A stretch of 51,211 nucleotides of DNA from Octopus bimaculoides. Lineage: Eukaryota. A model generated the notes under the pieces. It was not told the origin of the DNA and made no database searches. It worked only from the letters and a program-made list of their open reading frames with translations. Of this stretch, positions 13,010 through 24,661 are shown one piece after another; the stretch's first letter is position 1; each line of letters begins with the position of its first letter. Made by a program: the position numbers and the translations under genes. The stretch covers positions 81,588,165 through 81,639,375 of the forward strand of contig NC_068988.1 in assembly GCF_001194135.2 (NCBI RefSeq), read 5' to 3'.

Positions 13010-13270
13010 AATTATAGCTATGTGGTTAAGAAGCTTGCTTCCTAACCATATAGTTTTGGGTTCAGTTCCAGTATGTAACACCTTGAGAAAATGGCTTCTA
13101 CTATAGCCTGGTGGGGGCCAACCAAAGCCTTGTAAGAAGATCTGGTTGACAAACTGAAAACAGCCCATTATACATACACACACACACATATACATACACA
13201 AACACATATGTATGTGTGTACGTGTTTTTATGTACCCTAGTATAGACATCACATGATGGTTGTAAATGAA
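13010..13270 (-). mobile_element. SINE family A (decayed)
   Basis: gctatgtggttaagaagcttgcttcctaaccatatag...ggttcagttcc head reads on the plus strand at 13017; the right end grades into a family B fragment; orientation and boundaries approximate. Confidence 0.5.
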
Positions 13271-13509
13271 CATATTTTCACAATGCTGTTAATGACTTGT
13301 AGTTCTAATTTCTTAATTAGCAGTGTCTTAATTAGCTGGTTTGGAGAAGCTGCTCAGTCTCTCAAGATTGGTAACCACACATCCTAGCATCTCAATAAAT
13401 GTTGGTATAAATCTCAAACGATTTAATCCAGGTTGAATAACTGCAGGTTTTTCATTGATGGATGTTTTCATTTTCACTAATTTTTGGCCTTATATTTATA
13501 CCTCACTGG

Positions 13510-13698
13510 TACTGGTGTCATAAACAATCATGCAGTACATTCTGTAGAGTAGCTGACATTAGGAAAGACAACCAGCCATAGAAACCATGCCAAATCAGGC
13601 ATTGGAGCTCAACACGATCCTCTGGATCATAGGATCCTGCAAAACAATCCAACCTATACCAGCATGGATGACAGACATTAAATGATGACGATGATGAT
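13510..13698 (+). mobile_element. RTE 3' tail fragment
   Basis: attaggaaagacaaccagccatagaaacc...caatccaacctataccagcatgg...aatgatgacgatgatg. Confidence 0.7.
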
Positions 13699-13789
13699 AG
13701 TAATATTAGCTGGGTAATTTATTTCAGTTACTGCATGCAATTTGTTTCCTCTTTCTCAGACCATTATACCAGGTCTGTTATGCTTCCAT

Positions 13790-14085
13790 TTTATTAAGGT
13801 CTTCATTACAATATTCCACAAATACCCTTTCACATGAATGCTCAGGCCCTCCACATCCATGTAATCTCTTATATATTTTCAACCTCAATGTTATCCTTCT
13901 ACACATTGCATCCAAACATTATACAATGTTCTGACCATGACATCATGCTTCATATTAAAATAATATTGGGGTGACACAGAGTCTGCATTGATGATCACAT
14001 CCAAGTATTTTACCTGTCTGTCTGTCTTGTTTTGTACATCAAGTATTTTGTTACTCTCTGTTCCTATTTGCAAAAACATCACCTT
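13790..14085 (-). pseudogene. Possible ancient LINE RT remnant
   Basis: RQVKYLDVIIN resembles the RT domain 7 (F/V)KYLG motif; later EDLNKMEA resembles post-RT RTE sequence; heavily decayed. Confidence 0.3.
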
Positions 14086-14217
14086 TAAAATGGAAGCAAA
14101 TGTCCCAATTGTTGGTTTGAAATAGACTTCTTTGATACCTATTTATGCATGTGTGTGTGCATATACATACATGCATATATGTATGTGTATATATATATAT
14201 ATATATATATTCTATTT

Positions 14218-14618
14218 TCTTTTATTCTTTTACTTGTTTCAGTCATTTGACTGTGGCCATGTTGGAGCACCACCTTTTTTTTTTAGTCGAGCAAATTGAC
14301 CTAGGACTTATTCTTTGTAAGCCTAGTACTTATTCTATTAGACTCTTTTTGCCAAACTACTAAGTTACAGGGACGTAAACACATCAGCATCACATGTCAA
14401 GCGATGTTGGAGGCGGGGACAAACACAGACACACAAACACACACATATATACGATGGGCTTCTTTCAGTTTCCGTCTACCAAATCCACTCACAAAGCTTT
14501 GGTCGGTCCGAGGCTATAGTACAAGACACTTGCCCAAGGTGCCACACAGTGGGACGGAACCCAGAACCATGTGGTTGGTAAGCAAGCTACTTGCCACACA
14601 GCCACTCCTGCGCCTATA
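14218..14618 (-). mobile_element. SINE family A, near-intact full copy
   Basis: Complete head-to-tail match to 96-505 and 34926-35375, with many CpGs retained. Confidence 0.9.
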
Positions 14619-14771
14619 TATATANNNNNNNNNNNNNNNNNNNNNNNNNNNNNNNNNNNNNNNNNNNNNNNNNNNNNNNNNNNNNNNNNNNNNNNNNNNN
14701 NNNNNNNNNNNNNNNNNNNNNNNNGTATGTAAGTTCTCTTCTATTTTGAATTATTGGAAGTTTTCTTGTAG

Positions 14772-14798
14772 GGAAGGAACTCCTGAAACAGGTAAAAG
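14772..14798 (+). CDS. Candidate 27-nt microexon (EGTPETGK)
   Basis: ttttcttgtag|GGAAGGAACTCCTGAAACAGGTAAAAG|gtaaga; frame-preserving; phase-compatible with 25086-25128. Confidence 0.35.
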
Positions 14799-15835
14799 GT
14801 AAGAAGTAAAAAAAAAAAAAGTAAAAAGAAAAAAGATAGGAATTGTATAAAAAAGTGTTCAAATATTTTATACTGTAGATGTATAAGCAATTTATTGCAC
14901 CTAAACTTTAGCAACAAAATCTTATTTGGACCCTCAAGGGTTATGTAGACCCCAGAATAGAACCACCAGTCTTGGAGAAGGAAATTATGAAATAACACCC
15001 ACCTCTTTGTGAAGCTGGAAATCTTGTACTTGCTTTTTTCTGGACAATTCAGTTTTTAGGTGAAAATCATAATGATATTGTACAAGCTTTTATTGACTTA
15101 AATTTCTTTAAATTGACTTTAAATTTATTGACTGTAAATTTCACAGGTATTGCTGACAGCTATTGCCTTTAGCATTTAGGATAAGATAATTTGTTAGTGA
15201 TGGTCATATTTGTGTATGCATTGATAACAACCATGTATATATGTTTATAAATATGTATGAATTTATGTATGCTGTGTTCTAAGGCATAATGAACCAGTGC
15301 AAATAGTGAGATATATTTGTCCATGGAGAGGTTTTATTGCATTAGAAACACAATAAACAGTACAGGTGATGGTATAGAAATTGTTCACCAGTGAATTATT
15401 ATAGACTGTCATCTTATAAGCAGTGTATCAAATCTTTAAACCAACAAACAAAGGTATTTTATAGGATTACCTTGGACAGGTTTAGTCAGATAAACCTGAC
15501 ATGTTTATACAGTTTAATGTAAACAGAATTGATTATATTAACAACTAGATAAATACTGGGATTAATTGATTTAAGACAAAGATGATATTCTTAGCAAAAC
15601 CGATAATAATTAATTGAATTAGCAAAAATATAACACAGGGAAATATTAACTATAACACCTTAATTAAATAATACAAGCTGATTTAATTGAGTTAGTAAAA
15701 AGATAAAGTATAAGGATTTGTTAATTTAGCCAAACGTTAATAATTAATTGAATTAAGGCTAAAAAGAGGGATTAAGTATGATGAGGTTTTAAAATTGATT
15801 TAACCGTATTCTAAAACCAAATTGAATTAACTTAC

Positions 15836-15892
15836 ATAGGTGTTGTTAGGCCTCTTGAAAAGTTAAGACAACGTTATGCGTTAAGTTAACAT
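15836..15892 (-). other. Candidate 57-nt exon, stops in all frames (lncRNA, UTR or stop-containing)
   Basis: gtttctttcag|ATGTTAAC...CACCTAT|gtaagt; near-consensus splice sites at both ends. Confidence 0.4.
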
Positions 15893-16399
15893 CTGAAAGA
15901 AACTAATACACTTAGAGGAAAATAAAAATACTGTTTCGTTGCTCTTCAAGGAATGATGGTCTGTCTGTCTGCCTGTTTGTCTGTCTGTCTTTCTCTCTCT
16001 CTCTCACACACACACACATAGTTTCATTACTTTGTTTATAAACCTGAGTACACTGATGATTAAACGTTAATTATTTCTGTTTATTTAATCACTAATGATT
16101 CAAACTATAAACGAATAAAAATGCAATTTTTTACTCTTTTAAATTATGTAAGTTAAAAGATGAAAATTTTAATTACCGCAATGTAATTACTGACAGTATT
16201 AATAAGCCACAAAAATGAATGTCATTTAATTTAAGAATACTTTAGAAAAAAAGTATTTCAATTTCGATATTCAATATTAATGAGTAAGACCTATTGTAAT
16301 AACTATTTCATTATATCTGCTGATGATCGTTTGTGTTGGGTAAATGAGGAAGCTTTCCATCAGAGATGTAATCATGGATAGTCCAGCTGTATAAGCTGA

Positions 16400-16560
16400 A
16401 GTGAACTTTTTGAGCCAAAGCTACTACGTGGCACTTTGTGCAAGTGTCTTCTACTGGGTAGACTAAGGCCTTGTGAGTGGTCTTGGTTGATGGAAACTGA
16501 AAGTAGGGTGTCATATATTTGTATATTTGTATGTGTGAGTGTGTATGTGTGTGTGTTTGT
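16400..16560 (+). mobile_element. SINE family A partial
   Basis: gcaagtgtcttctact...aaggccttgtgagtgg...ggaaactgaaag. Confidence 0.7.
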
Positions 16561-17084
16561 GTATATGTAGTAGTAGCAATGCTGCTGTTGCTGCTCTTGA
16601 TGATAATGATGATGATGATGATGATGCACTGATTGTTCCTTGCACCCCACTACATGACAGATTTTATCTTGAAATAACAATTTGCAGCAGATCAAGAAAA
16701 TTTATTAATTCATCACTTCATACTGTTGTTACTCCTCTGAATCTATCATTCTTTCTATATTCGTCTATTTCATCTGTGTTTAAGAGATAATGAGATGGTT
16801 AAATAGAGAGATAGGAGGGAATAGCGATATTGGGTACACCCACATTTACTCAGCTTGTGCCTTGTGGGGGCCATTTGGGCACATAATCACCATTATTTAT
16901 CTTTCGCAGCCCCTACTGACCATTTCCTCTTTCTCTCTTCCCCTTTCTCCTAGATGTGAGTAGCTATGCAGACCCCTCTACAGGAACCTGCTCTGCTCCC
17001 CCGACCTCATAACAATCCCCTTGTCCCTTACCATGAAGCCAACATCCTACCTTCTCCATGGTTCATAGTCCTGTGATCTGCATG

Positions 17085-17290
17085 GTAACCCCAACAGTGG
17101 AGTCAGCACAAAAAAAGCACCCAATCCATGCTGTAAAGTGGTTGGTACAAAGAAGGGCATCCTGCTGTTAAAACCACACCAAAATAGACATTAGAGCTTG
17201 GTGCTCTCCTTGGACACATTGGTTCCAGTCCAAACCATTCAACCCATGCCAGCATGGAACATGGATGTTAAATGACAATGATGATAATGA
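17085..17290 (+). mobile_element. RTE 3' tail fragment
   Basis: aaaaagcacc...gtggttgg..aagaagggcatcc...ccattcaacccatgccagcatgga...aatgatgataatg. Confidence 0.75.
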
Positions 17291-17519
17291 TGTAGCTTGT
17301 CAATACTAAGGTAATCAGAGCAACTAATTAGAGAAATAGAGTAATTAAAGTTGTCAAATTAGTCCAAGAATAAAGAATATATATCTTGAACGCCTCCATT
17401 AACTATTCCAATGAGTTAAAATTAATAATTTTAGTAACCTTAATTTCACTCCATAATTGATAGCATCTCAGCATGTTTGGGGAGTAAATTGAGTTTTGTT
17501 ATGGTGTTGTTGTTGCTAA

Positions 17520-17810
17520 TGATGGCACACATGACTCAGTGGTTAGAGTGTTGGGCTCACAAACATGAAATAGTGAGTTTGATTCCTGGACTGGGCTGCG
17601 TGTTGCATTTTTGAGCAAGACACATTTTTTCACATTGCTCCAGTTGACTCAGCTGTAGAGATGAGTTGCGACATTACTTGGTACCAAGCTGTATTGGCCT
17701 TTGCCTTTCCTTTGGATAACATCAGTGGCGTGGAGAGGGGAAGCTGGTATGGATGGGCAACTGCTGGTCTTCCATAAACAACCTTGCCTGGACTTGTGCC
17801 TTGGAGGGTA

Positions 17811-17811
<1 letters not shown>
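17520..17811 (+). mobile_element. tRNA-derived SINE, family D
   Basis: A box TGACTCAGTGG, B box GTTTGATTCC (CpG-decayed GTTCGA), then gagcaagacac...tttcacattgctccagt. Confidence 0.85.
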
Positions 17812-17841
<30 letters not shown>

Positions 17842-17890
17842 CTTCTTCTTCTTCTTCTTCTTCTTCTTCTTCTTCTTCTTCTTCTTCTTC
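17812..17890. repeat. (CTT)26 perfect triplet repeat
   Basis: Directly counted; forms the SINE D 3' end. Confidence 0.95.
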
Positions 17891-17926
17891 TGTTGTTGCT
17901 AATGCATTAACAACAGTGTACATATA

Positions 17927-17959
<33 letters not shown>

Positions 17960-19424
17960 CTCTGTGTGTGTGTGTGTGTGTGTATACTATGTCTGCAGTG
18001 CCTAGTAGTAACATATACCATGCATGCTGTTGTTATTTTGTAGTAGTTTTCTGTTTGTATGAAGCCTTGTCCACATTATGAGCTGGGTAGGTATGTTCAA
18101 TCTATATCAGTTTTAAAGTGGTGACTTTGAAATTTTATATGTAGTTTCATAGTAATTTTTCCTGTCAAAGTTCTTCAACATAATAAACTTCCAATTTATT
18201 ACGTTGAAGCTTAAACTTATATCTAGAATGGCAAATGTATTTATACATGTTATCTTATTTTTTTGCATTGCCTTCACTTTTTGATATTAGTGTAACTCTA
18301 TGGTATGCTTTTCTAATTCCTCCCCTCATTTCTCTGGATTATATTTTATCAGTTCCATCTACTCTTAAATATTTGTGATGACAATTCTAGTTTAGTTCTC
18401 CGGTTTAAGTAACTGAATCTAATTTAGTGTTCTCAGTTTTAATTACTTTGGCTCTTCTTCTAGCAACTTTATCACGTTTATCTGATGTCTACTCTTACAT
18501 TATTATTTTTATTAGAATATTATAAACAATTCTTTTCCTTCTTTTCTTATTGTTATTATGTTTCCATTATTGTTGTTATTTTGTTTTATACAACCTGTTC
18601 CAAGTTTCACCCAGAGATCTCAAGAAAAGTTCTCCTCCTACTCCATCCCTCCACCACCCCTCCTCATCCTCACTGCTACCACTACCACTATCATCATCAT
18701 CTTTAGTATTTTATTGATAATTGTAGAGCTGGAATGGTTATGTGTGAAAGAGGTTTGCACAGTGATAAACGAGACATGACATGTATCAAATTTATTTTAA
18801 CAGCAGGAAATTAAAAACAGGAGTCGCATTTTATGATAATGTAGTTGGCCTCATAAAGAATATCCTGCAGCTACTAAATTGATCAGTTCAAAGAATGTGT
18901 GAACCTATAAAAGTGATAATTTATTTAGCAAAGTATGTTGTCAGTTCTTATATCAGAATGGTCAAGTCAATTCCATAGGCACCAGCATTATACTAATTCA
19001 TATTTCAGTGAGTTCTGAAGTTGAAAAGTAAAGATCATCTTATTGGCATTAAACTTGCAAACAAAATGATACAAACGAAGTATCAAAGAGCTTACTGCTA
19101 AAAAAATATTAAGTGTTCAAACCTAAAACCCTTAACAGATCTGAAATAAAGCAGAAATATGAAACATTCATGTTTTATATTTGATATCTTTTTAATCTAA
19201 TTTGCATTTGGATCAACATATTTCTTCAGATCTTAAAAGCTGCAGCTTGCTTTCAATGTATATTGATGAAAGAACTGATTAGATATGATAATTTGGAAAA
19301 GTGAAAACAAAAAGGAAAAAAAATAGTAATGTATTAAAATGGTTAATTATAAGTAGGCTTGATGTGAATTCAGATAATTAACATATCTACTCTTAATACA
19401 GAGGACAGGGGTTATCATCATCAT

Positions 19425-19670
19425 CATCATCACCATCATCATCATTTAATGTCTCTTTTTTCATGCCTGTGTGGGTCACATGGAATTTGCTGTTGAAGAT
19501 TTTCTATGGTTGGATGGCTTTCCTGTCACCCACCCACACATGTTTCCAAGCCAGGAAATTTTCTCCATGGCCAAACATTTTTCACAAAAGACTGGAAACA
19601 AACAACATCACTAATATGATGGCGCTGTTTGTTTACTACCATCATGTGATGTTAAGATAAGGGTATGCAT
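19425..19670 (-). mobile_element. Family B repeat
   Basis: Reverse complement of 11600, 35975 and 41295 copies, with (CAT)n tail. Confidence 0.7.
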
Positions 19671-19694
19671 ACTCATGCACACACAAATTTAAAC

Positions 19695-19742
<48 letters not shown>

Positions 19743-20079
19743 CCCAAGGATCTGAGTGTAGGAAGTTTGTAAGCTTCAAACTGTAGGCAACTAGCATAGA
19801 GAACAAGAAGTGGACAGTATATGATAAGATACGAAAACAAATTATTGACATCGAAATTAATATACTTTTTCCCATATCAAAGTTGCAAAGAAATTTGATA
19901 AGCTGATACTTTCTGTACAGCTCTCTGTTACCAACTAATGCTACTAAAAATGCAAATAGAATTCCAATTTGTTTTCTAGTACAACTTTTCTTTGATGCAT
20001 TATTTGTCTTTTTCTAAATTCATACAAATGACCTCAAAAAACTGACGCACATACATGTTCATACATACATACATACATA

Positions 20080-20278
20080 CATACATACAAATATACATGC
20101 ATGCATGTATATGATGGACTTCTTCCAGTTTTCTTCTACTAAATCCGCTAACAAAGTTTGGTAAGACTTGGCGATATAGTAGAAGCCCCAGATTTACCAA
20201 GATACAGCACGGCTGGATTGAACTGAAGGCCACATGACTGGGAAGCAAGCTTCTTAACCACACAATCATGCCTGCACC
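20080..20278 (-). mobile_element. SINE family A head
   Basis: gggaagcaagcttcttaaccacacaatcatgcctgc. Confidence 0.75.
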
Positions 20279-20574
20279 TTACCAAAAGGAAATGTAAAAA
20301 TAGGGAAAAACAAGAAGACTGTCATTAATAAATAAAGTGAAATTCCTTCTTTAAACGAGCTCATGCATGTAATCTATTGTAATTAAGAAACACCAATACA
20401 TAAACCATTACTAAAAAGATGGAATCAAGACTGGATTTCTGACAGCACGAGATCAATTAAATTTATTGAATCTTCATAACTGATGTAATATCATGATTAA
20501 TTGTTTTGCTTTGCTTTTTATGATGACAAGTTAGAATATAGTGAATGCTATGAATGTCTCTTTCTTTTTCTCTC

Positions 20575-20606
20575 CCTTTCTGTCGGCCTATTTCTTTCTT
20601 CCTTTC

Positions 20607-20681
<75 letters not shown>

Positions 20682-20754
20682 TTTCTCTCTCACTCTATCT
20701 GTCTGTCTCTCTCTNNNNNNNNNNATCTATCTGTCTGACTGTCTGTCCTGTCTG

Positions 20755-20806
<52 letters not shown>

Positions 20807-20807
20807 C

Positions 20808-20870
<63 letters not shown>

Positions 20871-20940
20871 ATCTGTCTATTTGTCTGTCTGTTTGTCTGT
20901 CTAGCTATCTATCTAGTTATCTGTCTATCTATCGCTCTTT
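20575..20940. repeat. Compound (TTTC/TTTG)n, (CT)n and (TCTA)n array
   Basis: Directly visible; explains ORFs 20463-21079. Confidence 0.95.
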
Positions 20941-20965
20941 CTCTCTGTATTGCAGGAAGTTATGT

Positions 20966-21189
20966 GTAGGCATGGTTGTTTGGTTAATGAGCTTGCTCTG
21001 CAATTGCATGGCTTTGAGTTCCATCCCACTGTGGGTTCAATCTTTTGGGCAAGTATCTTCTACTATAGCCCGGGGATAACAAAGGCCTTATGAGTGAATT
21101 TGGTAGACAGAAACTGCATGTAAGCCTGTATTATTTGAGTGTGTATGTGTATGTGTGTGTGTGTGTGTGTGTATGTGTGTGTGTGTGTA

Positions 21190-21228
<39 letters not shown>

Positions 21229-21425
21229 ATGTACATGCATGTGTGTCTTTGTGGTTGTCACCCAACCATATTGGCCTGTTTACATCACTGTAACTTAACA
21301 ATTTGGTGTGACAGGTTGATAAAATAAGTACAAGACTTAAAAAATGTGTACTGAGGTTGATTTATTCACCTAAACCCCTCAAGGTGGTGCTCTAGCATAG
21401 CCGTGGCTTGATGACTGAAACAGAA
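20966..21425 (+). mobile_element. SINE family A full copy
   Basis: Head, internal (TG)n and tail ...gactgaaacag all present. Confidence 0.8.
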
Positions 21426-21521
21426 TTAGAAAACAAGATCAACTCCAGTGGAATATAAATTTAGATTTATATTTCACAGGGTCTCTCACCCTTGCCTAAG
21501 ATTTCACCCTCATCATACCTA

Positions 21522-21695
21522 CAGGTGCAGGTATGGTTGTGTGGTAAGAAGCTTACTTCTGAACCACATGGTTCTAGATTCAGTCCCACTGCATGGCACC
21601 TTGGACAAGTGTCATCTACTATAGCCTTGGGCTGACCAAAGCCTTGTGAGTGGGTTTGGTAGATGGAATCTGAAAAAGAACCCATCGTGTATATA
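21522..21695 (+). mobile_element. SINE family A head
   Basis: gtgcaggtatggttgtgtggtaagaagctt...ttcagtccc. Confidence 0.8.
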
Positions 21696-21737
21696 TATAC
21701 ATTTTTTTTCTCCGTGTTTTTCTCCTTGTCTCCGTAT

Positions 21738-21774
21738 TCTTTCTGTTGAAGAGCGTAGCTCGAAACGTCAAGGA
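21738..21774 (+). ncRNA. Minimal type I hammerhead ribozyme motif (CUGUUGA variant) in a Penelope-like repeat (21700-21870)
   Basis: TCTTT-CTGTTGA-A-GAGC gta GCTC-GAAA-CG-TC-AAGGA; stems I and II pair; GUC triplet. Confidence 0.65.
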
Positions 21775-22609
21775 CTTTCCATATTCCCGAGCGTCATACT
21801 AATACATCCTTTTGTTGTTTACACCACCTGTCCTCGTCTGTTGTTGTTTTTTCGTATATTCTCCCATATATATATATNNNNNNNNNNNNNNNNNNNNNNN
21901 NNNNNNNNNNNNNNNNNNNNNNNNNNNNNNNNNNNNNNNNNNNNNNNNNNNNNNNNNNNNNNNNNNNNNNNNNNNNNNNNNNNNNNNNNNNNNNNNNNNN
22001 NNNNNNNNNNNNNNNNNNNNNNNNNNNNNNNNNNNNNNNNNNNNNNNNNNNNNNNNNNNNNNNNNNNNNNNNNNNNNNNNNNNNNNNNNNNNNNNNNNNN
22101 NNNNNNNNNNNNNNNNNNNNNNNNNNNNNNNNNNNNNNNNNNNNNNNNNNNNNNNNNNNNNNNNNNNNNNNNNNNNNNNNNNNNNNNNNNNNNNNNNNNN
22201 NNNNNNNNNNNNNNNNNNNNNNNNNNNNNNNNNNNNNNNNNNNNNNNNNNNNNNNNNNNNNNNNNNNNNNNNNNNNNNNNNNNNNNNNNNNNNNNNNNNN
22301 NNNNNNNNNNNNNNNNNNNNNNNNNNNNNNNNNNNNNNNNNNNNNNNNNNNNNNNNNNNNNNNNNNNNNNNNNNNNNNNNNNNNNNNNNNNNNNNNNNNN
22401 NNNNNNNNNNNNNNNNNNNNNNNNNNNNNNNNNNNNNNNNNNNNNNNNNNNNNNNNNNNNNNNNNNNNNNNNNNNNNNNNNNNNNNNNNNNNNNNNNNNN
22501 NNNNNNNNNNNNNNNNNNNNNNNNNNNNNNNNNNNNNNNNNNNNCATATACACACACACAGGCACATCTACACACTTACATATCTAAATACTCACATACA
22601 TACATAAGT

Positions 22610-22880
22610 ACATATGTACATATACATGGTGGTTGTCTACTCCTTAAACAGAGTTTGACCACCTCCTGCACCTACACCTTAGCCCTTTCATGGCGTCTGA
22701 TGTGGCTTTTTAAACCAGACAGTGTTTTGAAAAAACACCCACACAGATTGCACCTCTGATTTGCACTACCAATACCTGCAAGTAAGTTCTGCTCATTGTG
22801 GATCCTAACATGTCTTTTAAGACCCCCATTGGATTTGCAAACCCTCTGGCACACACCACATTCAAACGTGTGCACAGACA
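22610..22880 (-). mobile_element. LINE 3' end encoding two C2H2 zinc fingers
   Basis: CGVCQRVCKSNGGLKRHVRIH...CNLCGCFFKTLSGLKSHIRRHERAKV*, then a short UTR and (TATG)n tail; no splice acceptor upstream. Confidence 0.7.
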
Positions 22881-23869
22881 TATAATCATGTATGCATATG
22901 CACATACTTACATGCGCACATACATACATACATGTATACATATGTGTATATACATGCACACTGATGCACACACATGTGCGCAAACAAACAAACAAACAAA
23001 CAAAAAGAATGGGGCTCTGATAATGGACAGAGTCAACGACTATTGAAGAGGTTGCCAGAAGCAATGAAAATTTTAGTAAATATGAATAAATGAGTGGAAA
23101 TGTAATTGGTGAGTGTGTTAATTAATGAAGCATTAAAACAGAATGACTCTCCCCAGACACAGTAATATATATATGTATATATGTATGTGTATATATATAT
23201 ATATATATATATNNNNNNNNNNNNNNNNNNNNNNNNNNNNNNNNNNNNNNNNNNNNNNNNNNNNNNNNNNNNNNNNNNNNNNNNNNNNNNNNNNNNNNNN
23301 NNNNNNNNNNNNNNNNNNNNNNNNNNNNNNNNNNNNNNNNNNNNNNNNNNNNNNNNNNNNNNNNNNNNNNNNNNNNNNNNNNNNNNNNNNNNNNNNNNNN
23401 NNNNNNNNNNNNNNNNNNNNNNNNNNNNNNNNNNNNNNNNNNNNNNNNNNNNNNNNNNNNNNNNNNNNNNNNNNNNNNNNNNNNNNNNNNNNNNNNNNNN
23501 NNNNNNNNNNNNNNNNNNNNNNNNNNNNNNNNNNNNNNNNNNNNNNNNNNNNNNNNNNNNNNNNNNNNNNNNNNNNNNNNNNNNNNNNNNNNNNNNNNNN
23601 NNNNNNNNNNNNNNNNNNNNNNNNNNNNNNNNNNNNNNNNNNNNNNNNNNNNNNNNNNNNNNNNNNNNNNNNNNNNNNNNNNNNNNNNNNNNNNNNNNNN
23701 NNNNNNNNNNNNNNNNNNNNNNNNNNNNNNNNNNNNNNNNNNNNNNNNNNNNNNNNNNNNNNNNNNNNNNNNNNNNNNNNNNNNNNNNNNNNNNNNNNNN
23801 NNNNNNNNNNNNNNNNNNNNNNNNNNNNNNNNNNNTTTATATATATATATATATGTATGTATATGTATG

Positions 23870-24035
23870 TGTGTGTGTGTGTCTTTGTGTTTGTGTTTAA
23901 CCCCCATCCAATGCTTAACAACTGGTGTTGGTGTGTTTATGTCCTCGTAACTAAGCAGTTCAGCAGAAAAGAATGATAGAATAGGTATTAGGTTTAAATA
24001 AAAGCCCTGGGTTGACTGAAACAGGTGAGGGAATG
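23870..24035 (+). mobile_element. SINE family A 3' half
   Basis: aactggtgttggtgtgtttatgtcctcgtaact...gatagaataggta. Confidence 0.7.
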
Positions 24036-24078
24036 AGAGAACAAAAAGGCAACAGGTGGAACTGTACATAAATCATAT

Positions 24079-24277
24079 CGGTTTCCAATTTTGGCACAAG
24101 GCCAGCAATTTTGGAGGATGGGGGTAGGTCGATTACACCAACCCCAGTGTTCAACCAGTACTTCTTTTATCAACCCCAAAAGGATGAAAGGACAAAGTTG
24201 ACCTTGGCAGAATTTGAACTCAGAATGTGAAGACGGATGAAATATTACCAGGCATTTTGCCTGGCAGGCTAACGATT
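24079..24277 (-). mobile_element. SINE family C, 5'-truncated, with a 17-bp TSD
   Basis: Perfect CTGTACATAAATCATAT at 24062-24078 and 24278-24294. Confidence 0.9.
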
Positions 24278-24369
24278 CTGTACATAAATCATATTAATGG
24301 AACTAATTAATTTGTTACTCTCCTCTCTTGGAACTATCTCCTGCACCCTTCCCTCACCTCAACCCACAA

Positions 24370-24615
24370 ACTACTACTACTACTACCACTACTACTGCTG
24401 CTGCTGCTGCTGCTGCTATTACTGCTGCTGCTACTACTACTATTACTGCTGCTGCTACTACTACTATTACTACTACTGCTGCTGCTGCTGCAGGCGCCGC
24501 TGCTGCTGATATTGCTACCACTATTACTGCTACTGCTGCCAGTTCTGCTGCTTCTACCACAGCTTCTATGACTGGTTCTGCTGCTGCTGCTGCTTGTACA
24601 ACAACAACAACAAAA

Positions 24616-24661
<46 letters not shown>
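24370..24661. repeat. Mosaic (ACT)n/(GCT)n/(ACA)n triplet array
   Basis: Directly visible; in-register triplets over ~290 bp. Confidence 0.9.

Noticed and set aside
14922-14992. Plus-strand exon QQNLIWTLKGYVDPRIEPPVLEKEIMK*
   Set aside because: Weak acceptor, and phase 0 does not fit the 27-nt microexon
17520-17595. tRNA gene (also other SINE heads)
   Set aside because: A and B boxes are present but there is no complete cloverleaf, and each continues into a multi-copy SINE body
22672-23064. Host C2H2 zinc-finger gene
   Set aside because: No TGEKP linker and no acceptor; the upstream ORF part is microsatellite; it has a LINE-like tail
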